Shown here piece by piece: positions 38,537-48,159 of a stretch of DNA of 64,000 nt (position 1 is its first letter; the number at the start of each line of letters is the position of its first letter). The DNA comes from an uncultured Muribaculaceae bacterium (GTDB lineage Bacteria > Bacillota_I > Bacilli_A > RF39 > UBA660). The stretch covers positions 72,140 to 136,139 of the forward strand of contig CAZYQE010000002.1 of NCBI GenBank assembly GCA_964650315.1, given 5' to 3'. The translations under genes were made by a program, and so were the position numbers. The notes under the pieces are model-generated. The model worked only from the letters and a program-made list of their open reading frames with translations, ran no database searches and had not been told where the DNA came from.

Positions 38537-39706
38537 TTATTCTAATTCATCTAAAACACTAACACCAAACTTAGGTTCATCTACATCAAAGTTATCAGCT
38601 ATTGTTGCACCTATATCAGCTAAAGTATCAAATGGTTCTAATCTTTTAGCTTCTTTTAAATTTCTACTATACATAATTACTGGTACATTTTCTCTAGTAT
38701 GATCATTTCCTTTAAATGTAGGATCATTACCATGATCTGCTGTTATTATTAATAAATCATCATTTTCTAATTTATTTAAAATAATTGGTATATCTACATC
38801 TAACTCTTCAATAGCTTTAGCATACCCTTCTCCATCTCTAGTATGTCCATATAAACTATCAAAATCAGATAAATTAACCATACATAGTCCAGTAAAATTC
38901 TTATCCATAATATCTATAAATTTATTTATAGCTTCACCATTACCAGAAGCTTTAATAGACTTATTAATACCTTGTCCATCAAATATATCATTTATTTTAC
39001 CAATACCTATAACATTATACTTATTAGCAATTAAACTATCTAAAACAGACTTCTCTGGGGGTTTAATAGAATAATCTCTTCTACTACTATTAATTAATTT
39101 ATAGTTACCTGGAGTACCATTAAATGGTCTAGCAATTACTCTACCTACTCTCCACTCTTCTCTTAATGTGATAGCTCTAATTTTCTCACAATACTTATAT
39201 AATGTAGAAATAGGAATATTATCTTCATGAGCAGCAATTTGTAAATCTGAATCTGCAGATGTATATACTATTAAAGATCCATAATTTTGTTGCCTTTCAC
39301 CTAATTCATTAATAATAGATAAATTATCAATACAACACTTATTACCAATAACTCTTCTACCAGTCAATTGCTCTATAGTAGAAATTAATTCAGTAGAAAA
39401 ACCAGAATTAAATGTTCTAAATGGAATATTATTTTTAATACCCATCATTTCATAATGACCATTTAAACTATCTTTCCCAGCATTATTAGGTTTAGCAATA
39501 CTATAATATGCTTCTACATCTTTATCTTCATTCATATTTAAAGTATCTAAAAAACCAATTTTCTTTAAATTAGGTACAAATAAATCATACTTTTCTTTAA
39601 TATGACCTAATGTATTAGCACCAACATCCCCAAAATTACTAGCATCATTAGTTTCCCCTACTCCTAGTCCATCAAGAACCATTAAAAATATTCTTTTAAA
39701 TTTCAT
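38537..39706 (-). CDS. deoB: Phosphopentomutase
   Basis: FLMVLDGLGVGE, GHYEMMG and ITADHGNDPT motifs. It lies directly downstream of xerD, as in Bacillus. Confidence 0.9.
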   Translation of the reverse strand: MKFKRIFLMVLDGLGVGETNDASNFGDVGANTLGHIKEKYDLFVPNLKKIGFLDTLNMNEDKDVEAYYSIAKPNNAGKDSLNGHYEMMGIKNNIPFRTFNSGFSTELISTIEQLTGRRVIGNKCCIDNLSIINELGERQQNYGSLIVYTSADSDLQIAAHEDNIPISTLYKYCEKIRAITLREEWRVGRVIARPFNGTPGNYKLINSSRRDYSIKPPEKSVLDSLIANKYNVIGIGKINDIFDGQGINKSIKASGNGEAINKFIDIMDKNFTGLCMVNLSDFDSLYGHTRDGEGYAKAIEELDVDIPIILNKLENDDLLIITADHGNDPTFKGNDHTRENVPVIMYSRNLKEAKRLEPFDTLADIGATIADNFDVDEPKFGVSVLDELE

Positions 39707-39708
39707 CT

Positions 39709-40596
39709 TTACACTTCCTTATCAACTCTAGGATGATATTTTTTATAATCTTTACTTACTTTATCATCACTTACATGGGTATATATCTTAGTAGTAGATA
39801 TATCAGAATGTCCTAACATTTCCTGTATACTTCTTAAGTCTGCTCCCCTATTTAATAAATGAGTCGCAAAAGAATGTCGCAAAGTATGTGGAGAAATATC
39901 AGCATTAAGACCTTTTTCTTTTAAAATCTTCTTTAAGTTTTTAAAAAAACCTTGTCTAGTCATTCCTCTACCATGATTATTTAAAAATAATTTATTATCA
40001 TCTTTACCCTTTAACATGGAACCTCTAACTTCTAAATACATATTTAAATAATAGATAGAATACTCACCTAGTGGTATTTCCCTTTCTTTACTACCTTTAC
40101 CCATTATTCTAATTATACAGTTTGTAGTATCAATATCATTTAAAGTTAAAGATACTAATTCACTGACTCTAAGCCCAGTCCCATACATCAATTCTAACAT
40201 AGCTTTATTACGGTAGTCAAACATAGTCTTTAGTTCAATATCAAGTAATTTATCTACATCTTCAACACTTAAAGTCTTAGGTAATTTCTTTTGTAATTTA
40301 GGTCTATCTATAAATAAAGATATATCTTCTTTAACAACATTTTCTTTATACAAATATTTATGAAAATTCTTTATAACAGTTAAATTATGTGCAATAGTAC
40401 TACTCTTTTCATTATTATTTCTACTCTTTAAAAATCCCTTAATATCATCACTACTAATATCTTCTACTCTATCTTTCTTAATATAATCTTTATATATACA
40501 TAAATCATTATAATATGATTCTTTAGTCTTATCAGAAAGTCCTTTTTCAAAGACACAATAATTTATAAAATCATTAATCGCATCCTCTATTTTCAT
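39709..40596 (-). CDS. xerD: Site-specific tyrosine recombinase XerD
   Basis: YGTGLRVSEL (Arg I), HTLRHSFATHLL (H-x-x-R) and LGHSDISTTKIYTHV (catalytic Tyr). Confidence 0.85.
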   Translation of the reverse strand: MKIEDAINDFINYCVFEKGLSDKTKESYYNDLCIYKDYIKKDRVEDISSDDIKGFLKSRNNNEKSSTIAHNLTVIKNFHKYLYKENVVKEDISLFIDRPKLQKKLPKTLSVEDVDKLLDIELKTMFDYRNKAMLELMYGTGLRVSELVSLTLNDIDTTNCIIRIMGKGSKEREIPLGEYSIYYLNMYLEVRGSMLKGKDDNKLFLNNHGRGMTRQGFFKNLKKILKEKGLNADISPHTLRHSFATHLLNRGADLRSIQEMLGHSDISTTKIYTHVSDDKVSKDYKKYHPRVDKEV

Positions 40597-40684
40597 ATAC
40601 TCACCTTCTATATATATTATATATAATTATATTGATTATTACAAGAAATCTGCTATAATATATAGCTACATTGGAAGTGATACT

Positions 40685-41590
40685 ATGGAATACAAAGATA
40701 AATTAAATATAAGTAAAGATTTTAAATTTGGCATAGAATTAGAATTTACTAATATTAATATTGCTTATTTATATACAATTATGAAAGATAAGTTTCCAGT
40801 ACAATTTAAATTAAATCATAAAATGGATGATTTTGATTTTGATAAAAATTGGTGCTTAGATCAAGAAAATTCTGTCACAAATGTAGAAAAACATAACGAA
40901 TATGATAGATATATAGGTGGAGAATTATCTTCTAGAACATTTACTGATACTAATCATGATTGGAAAGAAATATATGATGTATGTAATTTTTTAAAAGAAA
41001 ATGATTGTAAAACAGATGAAACTTGTGCTTTTCATATGCATATAAGTAATAATAAGTTTCATAAGAATTTAAAATTTTATGAAGGACTATATAAATTACT
41101 TCTTCTATATGAAGATGATTTTAAAATATTTTATATGGGAGATAAATATATAGAAAGACCTAAATCTAAAGATTATGCTGTTCCATTAAAAAACAGATTA
41201 TTAGAAAAAATTGATAATATAGATTTTAATAACTATGAAAGTGTATATCAAAACTTATTCGCACTACAATATGATGATTTTTCTACTAAAGATGGCCTAC
41301 ATGTAAACTATGATATTAATGACATAGAAGTTAGATATCCTAATGGAACTATAGATCCTAATATAGTTCAAAATAATGTTAATTTTACTTTAAAATTATT
41401 TGATTCTTTATTAAATAATAAAATAAGTATAGATAAATTAGATTATTTAGTAAAACTAAAAAAAGAAGGTAGAGATATCAGAAATATACATCCTAGAGAG
41501 TTTAGAGAATTAGTTACTACAATATCTAACGATTTTACTGATGAAAGAGATTTTATAGGACAATACAAAAAAGTATTGAGTTCTAAATAA
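40685..41590 (+). CDS. Putative amidoligase (glutamine synthetase-like carboxylate-amine ligase fold, Amidoligase_2-like)
   Basis: Ordered motifs FGIELEF, WCLDQENSV, GGELSSR, CAFHMHIS and IEVRYPNGT match the family pattern as I recall it. Confidence 0.55.
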   Translation: MEYKDKLNISKDFKFGIELEFTNINIAYLYTIMKDKFPVQFKLNHKMDDFDFDKNWCLDQENSVTNVEKHNEYDRYIGGELSSRTFTDTNHDWKEIYDVCNFLKENDCKTDETCAFHMHISNNKFHKNLKFYEGLYKLLLLYEDDFKIFYMGDKYIERPKSKDYAVPLKNRLLEKIDNIDFNNYESVYQNLFALQYDDFSTKDGLHVNYDINDIEVRYPNGTIDPNIVQNNVNFTLKLFDSLLNNKISIDKLDYLVKLKKEGRDIRNIHPREFRELVTTISNDFTDERDFIGQYKKVLSSK

Positions 41591-41626
41591 TCTTTTTTTA
41601 TGTTAAAATATATATAGGTGATAATT

Positions 41627-42844
41627 ATGGATAAACCTTTAGCTATAAAACTTGCCCCTACTAAATTAAATGAAGTTATTGGACAATCTCATTTAATTGG
41701 TAAAGGTAAAATATTAACTAATTTAGTTAAGAATAAGAAATTATTTTCTATGATATTATATGGTAAACCAGGTATTGGTAAAACTTCTATTGCCAATGTA
41801 TTAGTAAATGAGCTTGATTTAAGATATAGGTTTTTAAACGCTACTATTAATACTAAAAAAGATATAGATACAGTTATAGAAGAAGCTAAAATGTATGATG
41901 GTATAGTTTTAATAATGGATGAAATTCATAGATTAAATAAAGATAAACAAGATATATTACTGCCACAATTAGAATCTGGATTAATTACTTTAATAGGTAT
42001 GACTACATCTAATCCATATCATTCTATTAATCCAGCTATTAGAAGTAGATGCCAATTATTTGAACTTAATGAGTTAACTACTAAAGATATTATAAAAGGA
42101 CTTAAAAAAGCTATAAAACACCCTGATTTAGACGGTATAAAGATAGATGATAAAAGTATAGAAGGAATCGCTAAACTCTCTGGAAATGACCTTAGATATG
42201 CTTATAATCTATTAGAGATTGCATACTACTCTACTGATGATAAAACTATTACTATAGATAAAATAAAAAATATAAATTCTAAACCAGTATTCTTCTCAGA
42301 TAAAAATAGTGATGGTCATTATGATGTATTAAGTGGATTACAAAAGTCTATACGTGGTAGTGATATAGATGCATCACTTCACTATTTAGCTAGATTAGTA
42401 ACTGAAGGAGATCTAGATTCAATATATAGAAGACTATCAGTAATAGCTTATGAAGATATAGGACTTGCAAATCCTGCTATTGGACCTAGATTAAATGCTG
42501 CAATTAATGCAGCAGAGCGAGTCGGATTGCCAGAAGCTAGAATACCTCTAGGAACTATAGTATCAGAAATGGCTTTATCTCCAAAAAGTAATACTGCTCA
42601 TATAGCGTTTGATTCTGCATTAGAAGATATAGAACAAGGTAATGTAGGCACAATACCAAAACATTTAAAAACAAATTCTAAAGATTATAAATATCCTCAT
42701 AATTATGAAGGATCATATGTAGTACAACAATATCTTCCTGATAAAATAAAAAATAAAAAATACTACACTCCTAAAGATATAGGATATGAAAAAAATCTAA
42801 AAGAAATATATGATAAATTAAACAAAATAAAAGAAAGCAAATAG
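41627..42844 (+). CDS. rarA: Replication-associated recombination protein A (AAA+ ATPase)
   Basis: Walker A YGKPGIGKTS, Walker B LIMDEIHRLNK, and the MgsA C-terminal HYDVLSGLQKSIRGSD...ALHYLARL. Confidence 0.9.
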   Translation: MDKPLAIKLAPTKLNEVIGQSHLIGKGKILTNLVKNKKLFSMILYGKPGIGKTSIANVLVNELDLRYRFLNATINTKKDIDTVIEEAKMYDGIVLIMDEIHRLNKDKQDILLPQLESGLITLIGMTTSNPYHSINPAIRSRCQLFELNELTTKDIIKGLKKAIKHPDLDGIKIDDKSIEGIAKLSGNDLRYAYNLLEIAYYSTDDKTITIDKIKNINSKPVFFSDKNSDGHYDVLSGLQKSIRGSDIDASLHYLARLVTEGDLDSIYRRLSVIAYEDIGLANPAIGPRLNAAINAAERVGLPEARIPLGTIVSEMALSPKSNTAHIAFDSALEDIEQGNVGTIPKHLKTNSKDYKYPHNYEGSYVVQQYLPDKIKNKKYYTPKDIGYEKNLKEIYDKLNKIKESK

Positions 42845-42858
42845 CTTTCTTTTTATTA

Positions 42859-43290
42859 TTACTTAATTTCACAAGTATAACCAGTTTTTTCTAAGGCTTT
42901 CTTACCTTTTTCTGGTGTAGTCATTTTCTTAGAAATATCATCACTAAGTTTATGAACATCTAATACAGAATAAACTTTTAAATGTTTATTTTTAATAGAT
43001 TGTTTACAACTCTTAAATGAATCTTTATACTCAGTCATTGCTTCTTTAACTATTTTACAAAAATCTTGTTTTTCAAATAATTTAAGTTGTGAACTATTAT
43101 AACTAGATAAATCCATATCATAATTAAAATCAATAGTTTTAATAGAATTACCTACAAATCCAACATTAAATTCAATATCTACCCCACTAGCATTTTGAGT
43201 ACAAACTAATTTTTTCTTATTTCCAGTAGAACAACCTACTAATACTAATGATAAAACAACTACCATTAAAATAACACCGTATTTTTTCAT
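42859..43290 (-). CDS. Lipoprotein
   Basis: Signal peptide with lipobox LVLVGC. Confidence 0.6.
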   Translation of the reverse strand: MKKYGVILMVVVLSLVLVGCSTGNKKKLVCTQNASGVDIEFNVGFVGNSIKTIDFNYDMDLSSYNSSQLKLFEKQDFCKIVKEAMTEYKDSFKSCKQSIKNKHLKVYSVLDVHKLSDDISKKMTTPEKGKKALEKTGYTCEIK

Positions 43291-43325
43291 AACTACCTCC
43301 TATAATCAAATTGTATCATATATAA

Positions 43326-44264
43326 TTAATTTTTCAAGTTAATTATAAATAAATCTATTAAGAATTCTCCATCTACATCTTTAGTCTTCATATCTAAATC
43401 AATATTAAATAAATTTCTAATTAATTCTAATAGTTCAGATTCATTATAATAATCAATAAGTTCTTTAGTCTTTTTTACTCTATATTCAGACTCATCTAAT
43501 ATTTTAGATATTTTAATATTATTAAATCCTCTATTATATAGTATTTTAACTTGATAAATTATCCTTATTTGACTAGCCATTAACCCTATTAAAGAAATAG
43601 GCTCTACATTATTATCTTTTAGTTTATTATAACAAACTAATGCATTATATTTATCTTTCTGAAATAAATATTTAACAAATTCAAAAGTTAACTTTTGAAT
43701 ATCTATACTACTATCTATTAATAAATCATCTATATCATCAGTAGTAATATTCTTATCATTATCTTTATAACTTATTAATTTTTGACATTCAGAATGTATT
43801 CTATCAAAATCATTATTACAATACTCATTTATTTTTCTTAATACACCAGTATCTAGATTATACCCATTTAATTCTTTTTTTATAAATTCTACAGTATTAT
43901 CAGAAGATTCCTGATAAACCATTTTTTTCTTTAATTCTTTAGTTATTTTTTTCGTATTATTAAGTTTATTAGCAGTAATAATAAGTAAATTATTTTCACT
44001 AGGATTATCTAGATATTTTATTAAATGATTATAATCATCTTTATTTGAATCAATACTAAAATTATCTATATTATTAATTACTATTACTTTTTTATCAGTA
44101 AATAAGCCATAAGAATCTAAATCATCTAATGCATTTTTTAATTCTACGTCATTAAGATCATAATAATTAATAATTGCTTGATCAAATTTTTCTTTTTCTA
44201 TAATATTTTTAATTTTATTTTTAATTATTATAGAATTATTATTTTCTATTAAATAACTATTCAC
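43326..44264 (-). CDS. holA: DNA polymerase III subunit delta
   Basis: Size and N-terminal pattern (YLI.........YDLNDVELKNALDDLDSYGLFTDKKVIVINN). It overlaps the alaS stop by 8 nt. Confidence 0.7.
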   Translation of the reverse strand: MNSYLIENNNSIIIKNKIKNIIEKEKFDQAIINYYDLNDVELKNALDDLDSYGLFTDKKVIVINNIDNFSIDSNKDDYNHLIKYLDNPSENNLLIITANKLNNTKKITKELKKKMVYQESSDNTVEFIKKELNGYNLDTGVLRKINEYCNNDFDRIHSECQKLISYKDNDKNITTDDIDDLLIDSSIDIQKLTFEFVKYLFQKDKYNALVCYNKLKDNNVEPISLIGLMASQIRIIYQVKILYNRGFNNIKISKILDESEYRVKKTKELIDYYNESELLELIRNLFNIDLDMKTKDVDGEFLIDLFIINLKN

Positions 44265-46950
44265 TACTATTTAACACTTTCTCTACATTATTTAAAACAT
44301 TATCTAGATTAGTAATATCTTTTCCTCCACCTTGAGCAAAAGTATTACTTCCACCACCATTACCTCCTGTTTCAACGCTTACTTCTTTTACTACTTCTCC
44401 TGCATTAATAGAAGAATTACTACGAGCTACAAAATTAATAATAGAATTATTCTTAATATTAGCAAATAATATAAATCCTTTATCCATATTAGTTATTAAA
44501 GTATCAGCTATAGATTTTAAACTATTTATATCTTCATCTTCTACTTTCATAACCAAACCTTTAATAGAACCATAATCTTTTATATTATTTCTATAATTAT
44601 CTATATCGATTAAAGCAGTATTTTGTCTTAACTCTTTATACTTCTTTTCTAAAAGTTTTACTTCATTATGTATATATTGAAGTTCATTTTTACAAAATAC
44701 TATGTCTTTATATGACATAGGAGTATTATTACTAATATCTACATCAAATTCTAAATTATTTCCAGTTTTTTTAGCATCATCTAAAATAGCTTTAGCTTTC
44801 ATTAATAATCTAACTATTTCATCTTTATACGGTTTAGTAAATCTTCCTAATACATCTTCTATTCTACTACCTGTAGTTGCTTCTATTCTATAAACATTAC
44901 TTCCTTTAGATTCACAAGAATAAATAGCAAATTTTTCTATATCTCTAGTATTAACTGCATGTGTACCACCACATAATTCAACTGATTTACCAATCTTTAC
45001 TACTCTAACCATATCAGAATACTTCTCATCAAACAAAGCCATAGCACCTAATTCTTTAGCTTTATTAATCGGCATAACTTCAGTAGAAACAATAATATGT
45101 TCATTAATCATATTATTAACAAAATCTTCTACTTCTATTAACTTATCATCAGATATCTTATTAGAACAAGTAAAATCAAATCTTAATTTATTATCATCAA
45201 CATAACTACCAGATTGTTTAATGTTTTTAGATATTAATTCTTGTAATGCATACTGTAACATATGGACACTAGAATGGTTATGCTCAGTATTCTTTCTCTT
45301 ATCTTTATCTAAAACTAATTCACATTCATCACCAGTAGATATAACACCAGCCAGTAATTTAACTTTATGTATATGTTGACCATTAGGAGCCTTAAAAACG
45401 TCTAATACACGAGCTTTAAAACTTTTACCTACAATCATACCAGTATCACTAACTTGACCACCAGACTCTGCATAAAAACATGTTCTGTCTAAAGCAATAT
45501 AAGTATCATGATCAATACTATCTACAATTTCATCTTTAGAAAAGATTGCAGTTACTTTACTCTTTAATCTATATAAACCATATACAAATTCACTAGGAGT
45601 CTTAAAAGTTAATAAAACTTGTTTTTGATTAGCCATAGAAGTAGTATTTTTAATATTCTTTCTAGCTAAATCTTTCTGATTCTTCATACATTCATTGAAT
45701 TCATCTACTGATACAGAATAACCTTGTTCTTTTAAATACTCTTCAGTAAGTTCAAAAGGAAAACCATAAGTATCATATAACTTAAAAGCATCCTTACCAC
45801 TAATTACCCCATCACTAGAATGTTTAACTAATTCTTTAAGTCTTTTCTCACCCGCTTCTAATGTTTTAAAGAATAATTTTTCTTCTTCTAAAACTAAAAC
45901 TTCTACATGAGGTCTTTTATCTAATAAATAAGGATAAGCATCTTTCATAACATCTACTACTTCAGATACTAATTTATACATAAATGGTTCACTAAAACCA
46001 ATTACTTTACCAAATCTAACACTACGACGAAGTAATCTTCTAAGTACATAACCACGTCCAGTATTACCAAAATACTCTCCATCTGCCAAAGCAAAAGTAA
46101 TAGCTCTAATATGATCTACAATAATTTTAAATTCCTTTTGTCCAGTATAATCATATCCAGATAAAGATTCTAAATGATCTATTATAGGTTTAAATAAATC
46201 AGTTTCAAAATTACTATCTACATCTTGGAATATACAGCAAAATCTCTCAAGTCCAGCCCCAGTATCAATATTCTTACTAGGTAGTTCTTCATAATTAGCT
46301 CTATCCACTCCACTTTTAGCATTATATTGACTAAATACATTATTCCATATTTCAACATAACGTTCTTGATCTTTATCATTTTTAAATTTATCAAAAGCAT
46401 CTCCATTAGGATCATACTTTTCTCCCCTATCAAAGAAAATCTCAGAATCAGGTCCACAAGGACCTTCCCCTATTTCCCAAAAATTACCTTCTATAGAAAC
46501 AATATGACTAGGATCTAATCCTAACTCAATCCATTTATTCTTAGTATCAAGATCAGATGGATAATATGTTACAAATAATAACTCTTTAGGAATACCATAA
46601 TAATCAGAAGAAGTTAATAATTCATAAGCATATTCTATTGCTTCTTCTCTAAAATAATCTCCTATAGAAAAATTACCCATCATTTCAAAAAAAGTTAAAT
46701 GTCTTTTAGTAATACCAACATTATCAATATCATTAGTACGAATACATTTTTGTATATTAACCATTCTTCTATTATTAGGAACTTCTCTACCATCAAAGAA
46801 TTTCTTTAAAGGAGCAACTCCTGCATTAATCCATAATAAAGTATCATCATTAACAGGTATTAATGAAGCACTATCTATTTTTTCATGATTTTTACTCTCA
46901 AAAAAATCAAACCATATCTTTCTAATTTCATTATGAGATTTAAACTCCAT
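44257..46950 (-). CDS. alaS: Alanine--tRNA ligase
   Basis: EIRKIWFDFFESKNH, FTNAGV-like WINAGVAPLK, editing-domain HNHSSVHMLQ and CGGTH. Start placed at MEFK (GGGAGA RBS 9 nt upstream); the ATG at 46959 is the alternative. Confidence 0.95.
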   Translation of the reverse strand: MEFKSHNEIRKIWFDFFESKNHEKIDSASLIPVNDDTLLWINAGVAPLKKFFDGREVPNNRRMVNIQKCIRTNDIDNVGITKRHLTFFEMMGNFSIGDYFREEAIEYAYELLTSSDYYGIPKELLFVTYYPSDLDTKNKWIELGLDPSHIVSIEGNFWEIGEGPCGPDSEIFFDRGEKYDPNGDAFDKFKNDKDQERYVEIWNNVFSQYNAKSGVDRANYEELPSKNIDTGAGLERFCCIFQDVDSNFETDLFKPIIDHLESLSGYDYTGQKEFKIIVDHIRAITFALADGEYFGNTGRGYVLRRLLRRSVRFGKVIGFSEPFMYKLVSEVVDVMKDAYPYLLDKRPHVEVLVLEEEKLFFKTLEAGEKRLKELVKHSSDGVISGKDAFKLYDTYGFPFELTEEYLKEQGYSVSVDEFNECMKNQKDLARKNIKNTTSMANQKQVLLTFKTPSEFVYGLYRLKSKVTAIFSKDEIVDSIDHDTYIALDRTCFYAESGGQVSDTGMIVGKSFKARVLDVFKAPNGQHIHKVKLLAGVISTGDECELVLDKDKRKNTEHNHSSVHMLQYALQELISKNIKQSGSYVDDNKLRFDFTCSNKISDDKLIEVEDFVNNMINEHIIVSTEVMPINKAKELGAMALFDEKYSDMVRVVKIGKSVELCGGTHAVNTRDIEKFAIYSCESKGSNVYRIEATTGSRIEDVLGRFTKPYKDEIVRLLMKAKAILDDAKKTGNNLEFDVDISNNTPMSYKDIVFCKNELQYIHNEVKLLEKKYKELRQNTALIDIDNYRNNIKDYGSIKGLVMKVEDEDINSLKSIADTLITNMDKGFILFANIKNNSIINFVARSNSSINAGEVVKEVSVETGGNGGGSNTFAQGGGKDITNLDNVLNNVEKVLNSSE

Positions 46951-46951
46951 A

Positions 46952-47602
46952 TTATTCATCTCCCTTAATATAATTAACTACTTTTTCAACTACTTCATCT
47001 ATAGTTAAATTAGTAGTATCTATATATATTTGATCATCTGTACGCATTAGTGCACCTACTTCTTTATGCATATCATTATAATCTCTAGTCTTAATACTTT
47101 CTAATATTTCATCATAAGACATATCTATATTATTTTCTTTATTTTGTTTATATCTACGATTAGCTCTCTCTTCTACAGAAGCATCTAAATAAAACTTATA
47201 ATCTGCATCAGGAAATACAACAGTAGTAATATCTCTACCTTCCATAATTACATCTTTACCAGAAGCCATCTTTCTTTGTAAATCAACCATATTTTCACGT
47301 AATTTAACAATACTAGATACTTTAGAAACAATACTAGATACTTCTTTAGTTCTAATTTCTTTACTTATATCTTCTCCATCTAAATAAACATTACCATCTT
47401 TATCAAAATTTATTTTAGAAGAAATAGATAAATCAACAATAGCATCATGATCATCTAAATCAATATTATTTTTTAATACTGCATAGGCTATCGCTCTATA
47501 GGTTGCACCTGTATCAATATTAGTTAAATTAAGTTTTTTAGCAACTTCCTCAGTAATAGTACCTTTACCACTACCAGCTGGTCCATCAATTGCTATTATC
47601 AT
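46952..47602 (-). CDS. cmk: Cytidylate kinase
   Basis: IIAIDGPAGSGKGTI P-loop, DTGATYRA and typical length. Confidence 0.9.
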   Translation of the reverse strand: MIIAIDGPAGSGKGTITEEVAKKLNLTNIDTGATYRAIAYAVLKNNIDLDDHDAIVDLSISSKINFDKDGNVYLDGEDISKEIRTKEVSSIVSKVSSIVKLRENMVDLQRKMASGKDVIMEGRDITTVVFPDADYKFYLDASVEERANRRYKQNKENNIDMSYDEILESIKTRDYNDMHKEVGALMRTDDQIYIDTTNLTIDEVVEKVVNYIKGDE

Positions 47603-48144
47603 ATAACCTCACCATCTTCACCATTTAAAATAGAATCTACTTGTTTTAATAATTTATCTTTAGAAGTATTATAAATAGTATAATCATATTTATTATAATT
47701 ATCTAATTCCACTTCAGTAATATGCATCTTTTCTTTTTCAGTTAATTCATTATCATAACCTTCACGTATTATATGAACAATTTTAATATCATCAAATCTT
47801 TTCTTTAATTCTTCAAATTCACTAATTAACCTACCATCAGTAATAATAAATACTTGAAAATAATTTTTTAATATATCAATATCTTCACATAATCTATCTA
47901 TTAAGAAAAACTTCTTACCTAGTTTATTTTGTATTACATCAACACCCATTTCTTGAAAAAATTCTCTTGGTTTTTCTTTTAAATCACCATTCCAACTAAA
48001 ATAATTCTTTGCATACTCATATAAAGGCGCAGTAATATGCAAAATACATGCATTTTCTCCTTTATAATCAAATTGCTCCTTCATATATTTACCAACTAAA
48101 TCTTTACCAGAACTAGCTTTTCCTGCTAATAAGAATATTTTCAT
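47599..48144 (-). CDS. P-loop kinase, deoxynucleoside monophosphate kinase-like
   Basis: The N-terminus MKIFLLAGKASSGKD resembles the GxxxSGKD P-loop of phage-type dNMP kinases. It has a 4-nt overlap with cmk. RBS AAAGGAGG. Confidence 0.45.
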   Translation of the reverse strand: MKIFLLAGKASSGKDLVGKYMKEQFDYKGENACILHITAPLYEYAKNYFSWNGDLKEKPREFFQEMGVDVIQNKLGKKFFLIDRLCEDIDILKNYFQVFIITDGRLISEFEELKKRFDDIKIVHIIREGYDNELTEKEKMHITEVELDNYNKYDYTIYNTSKDKLLKQVDSILNGEDGEVI

Positions 48145-48159
48145 AAATCCTCCTTTTAT

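Noticed and set aside
39709-40596. Tyrosine recombinase as a marker of an integrated mobile element.
   Set aside because: The full XerD-type motifs and conserved chromosomal context (deoB downstream, spoIIM nearby, as in Bacillus) argue for the housekeeping recombinase. There are no flanking repeats, tRNA target or cargo genes.
41590-41626. Possible dif (XerCD) site: TTATGTTAAAATATATATAGG between the amidoligase gene and rarA. Also considered are the ...TATTATAACATAA... sequences upstream of the two surface-protein genes.
   Set aside because: Only one half-site resembles the XerD arm TTATGTAAACT of the B. subtilis dif as I recall it. The arm, spacer and arm order does not fit, and the other sequences are better explained as -10 promoter elements. 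AT-rich background makes chance matches likely.
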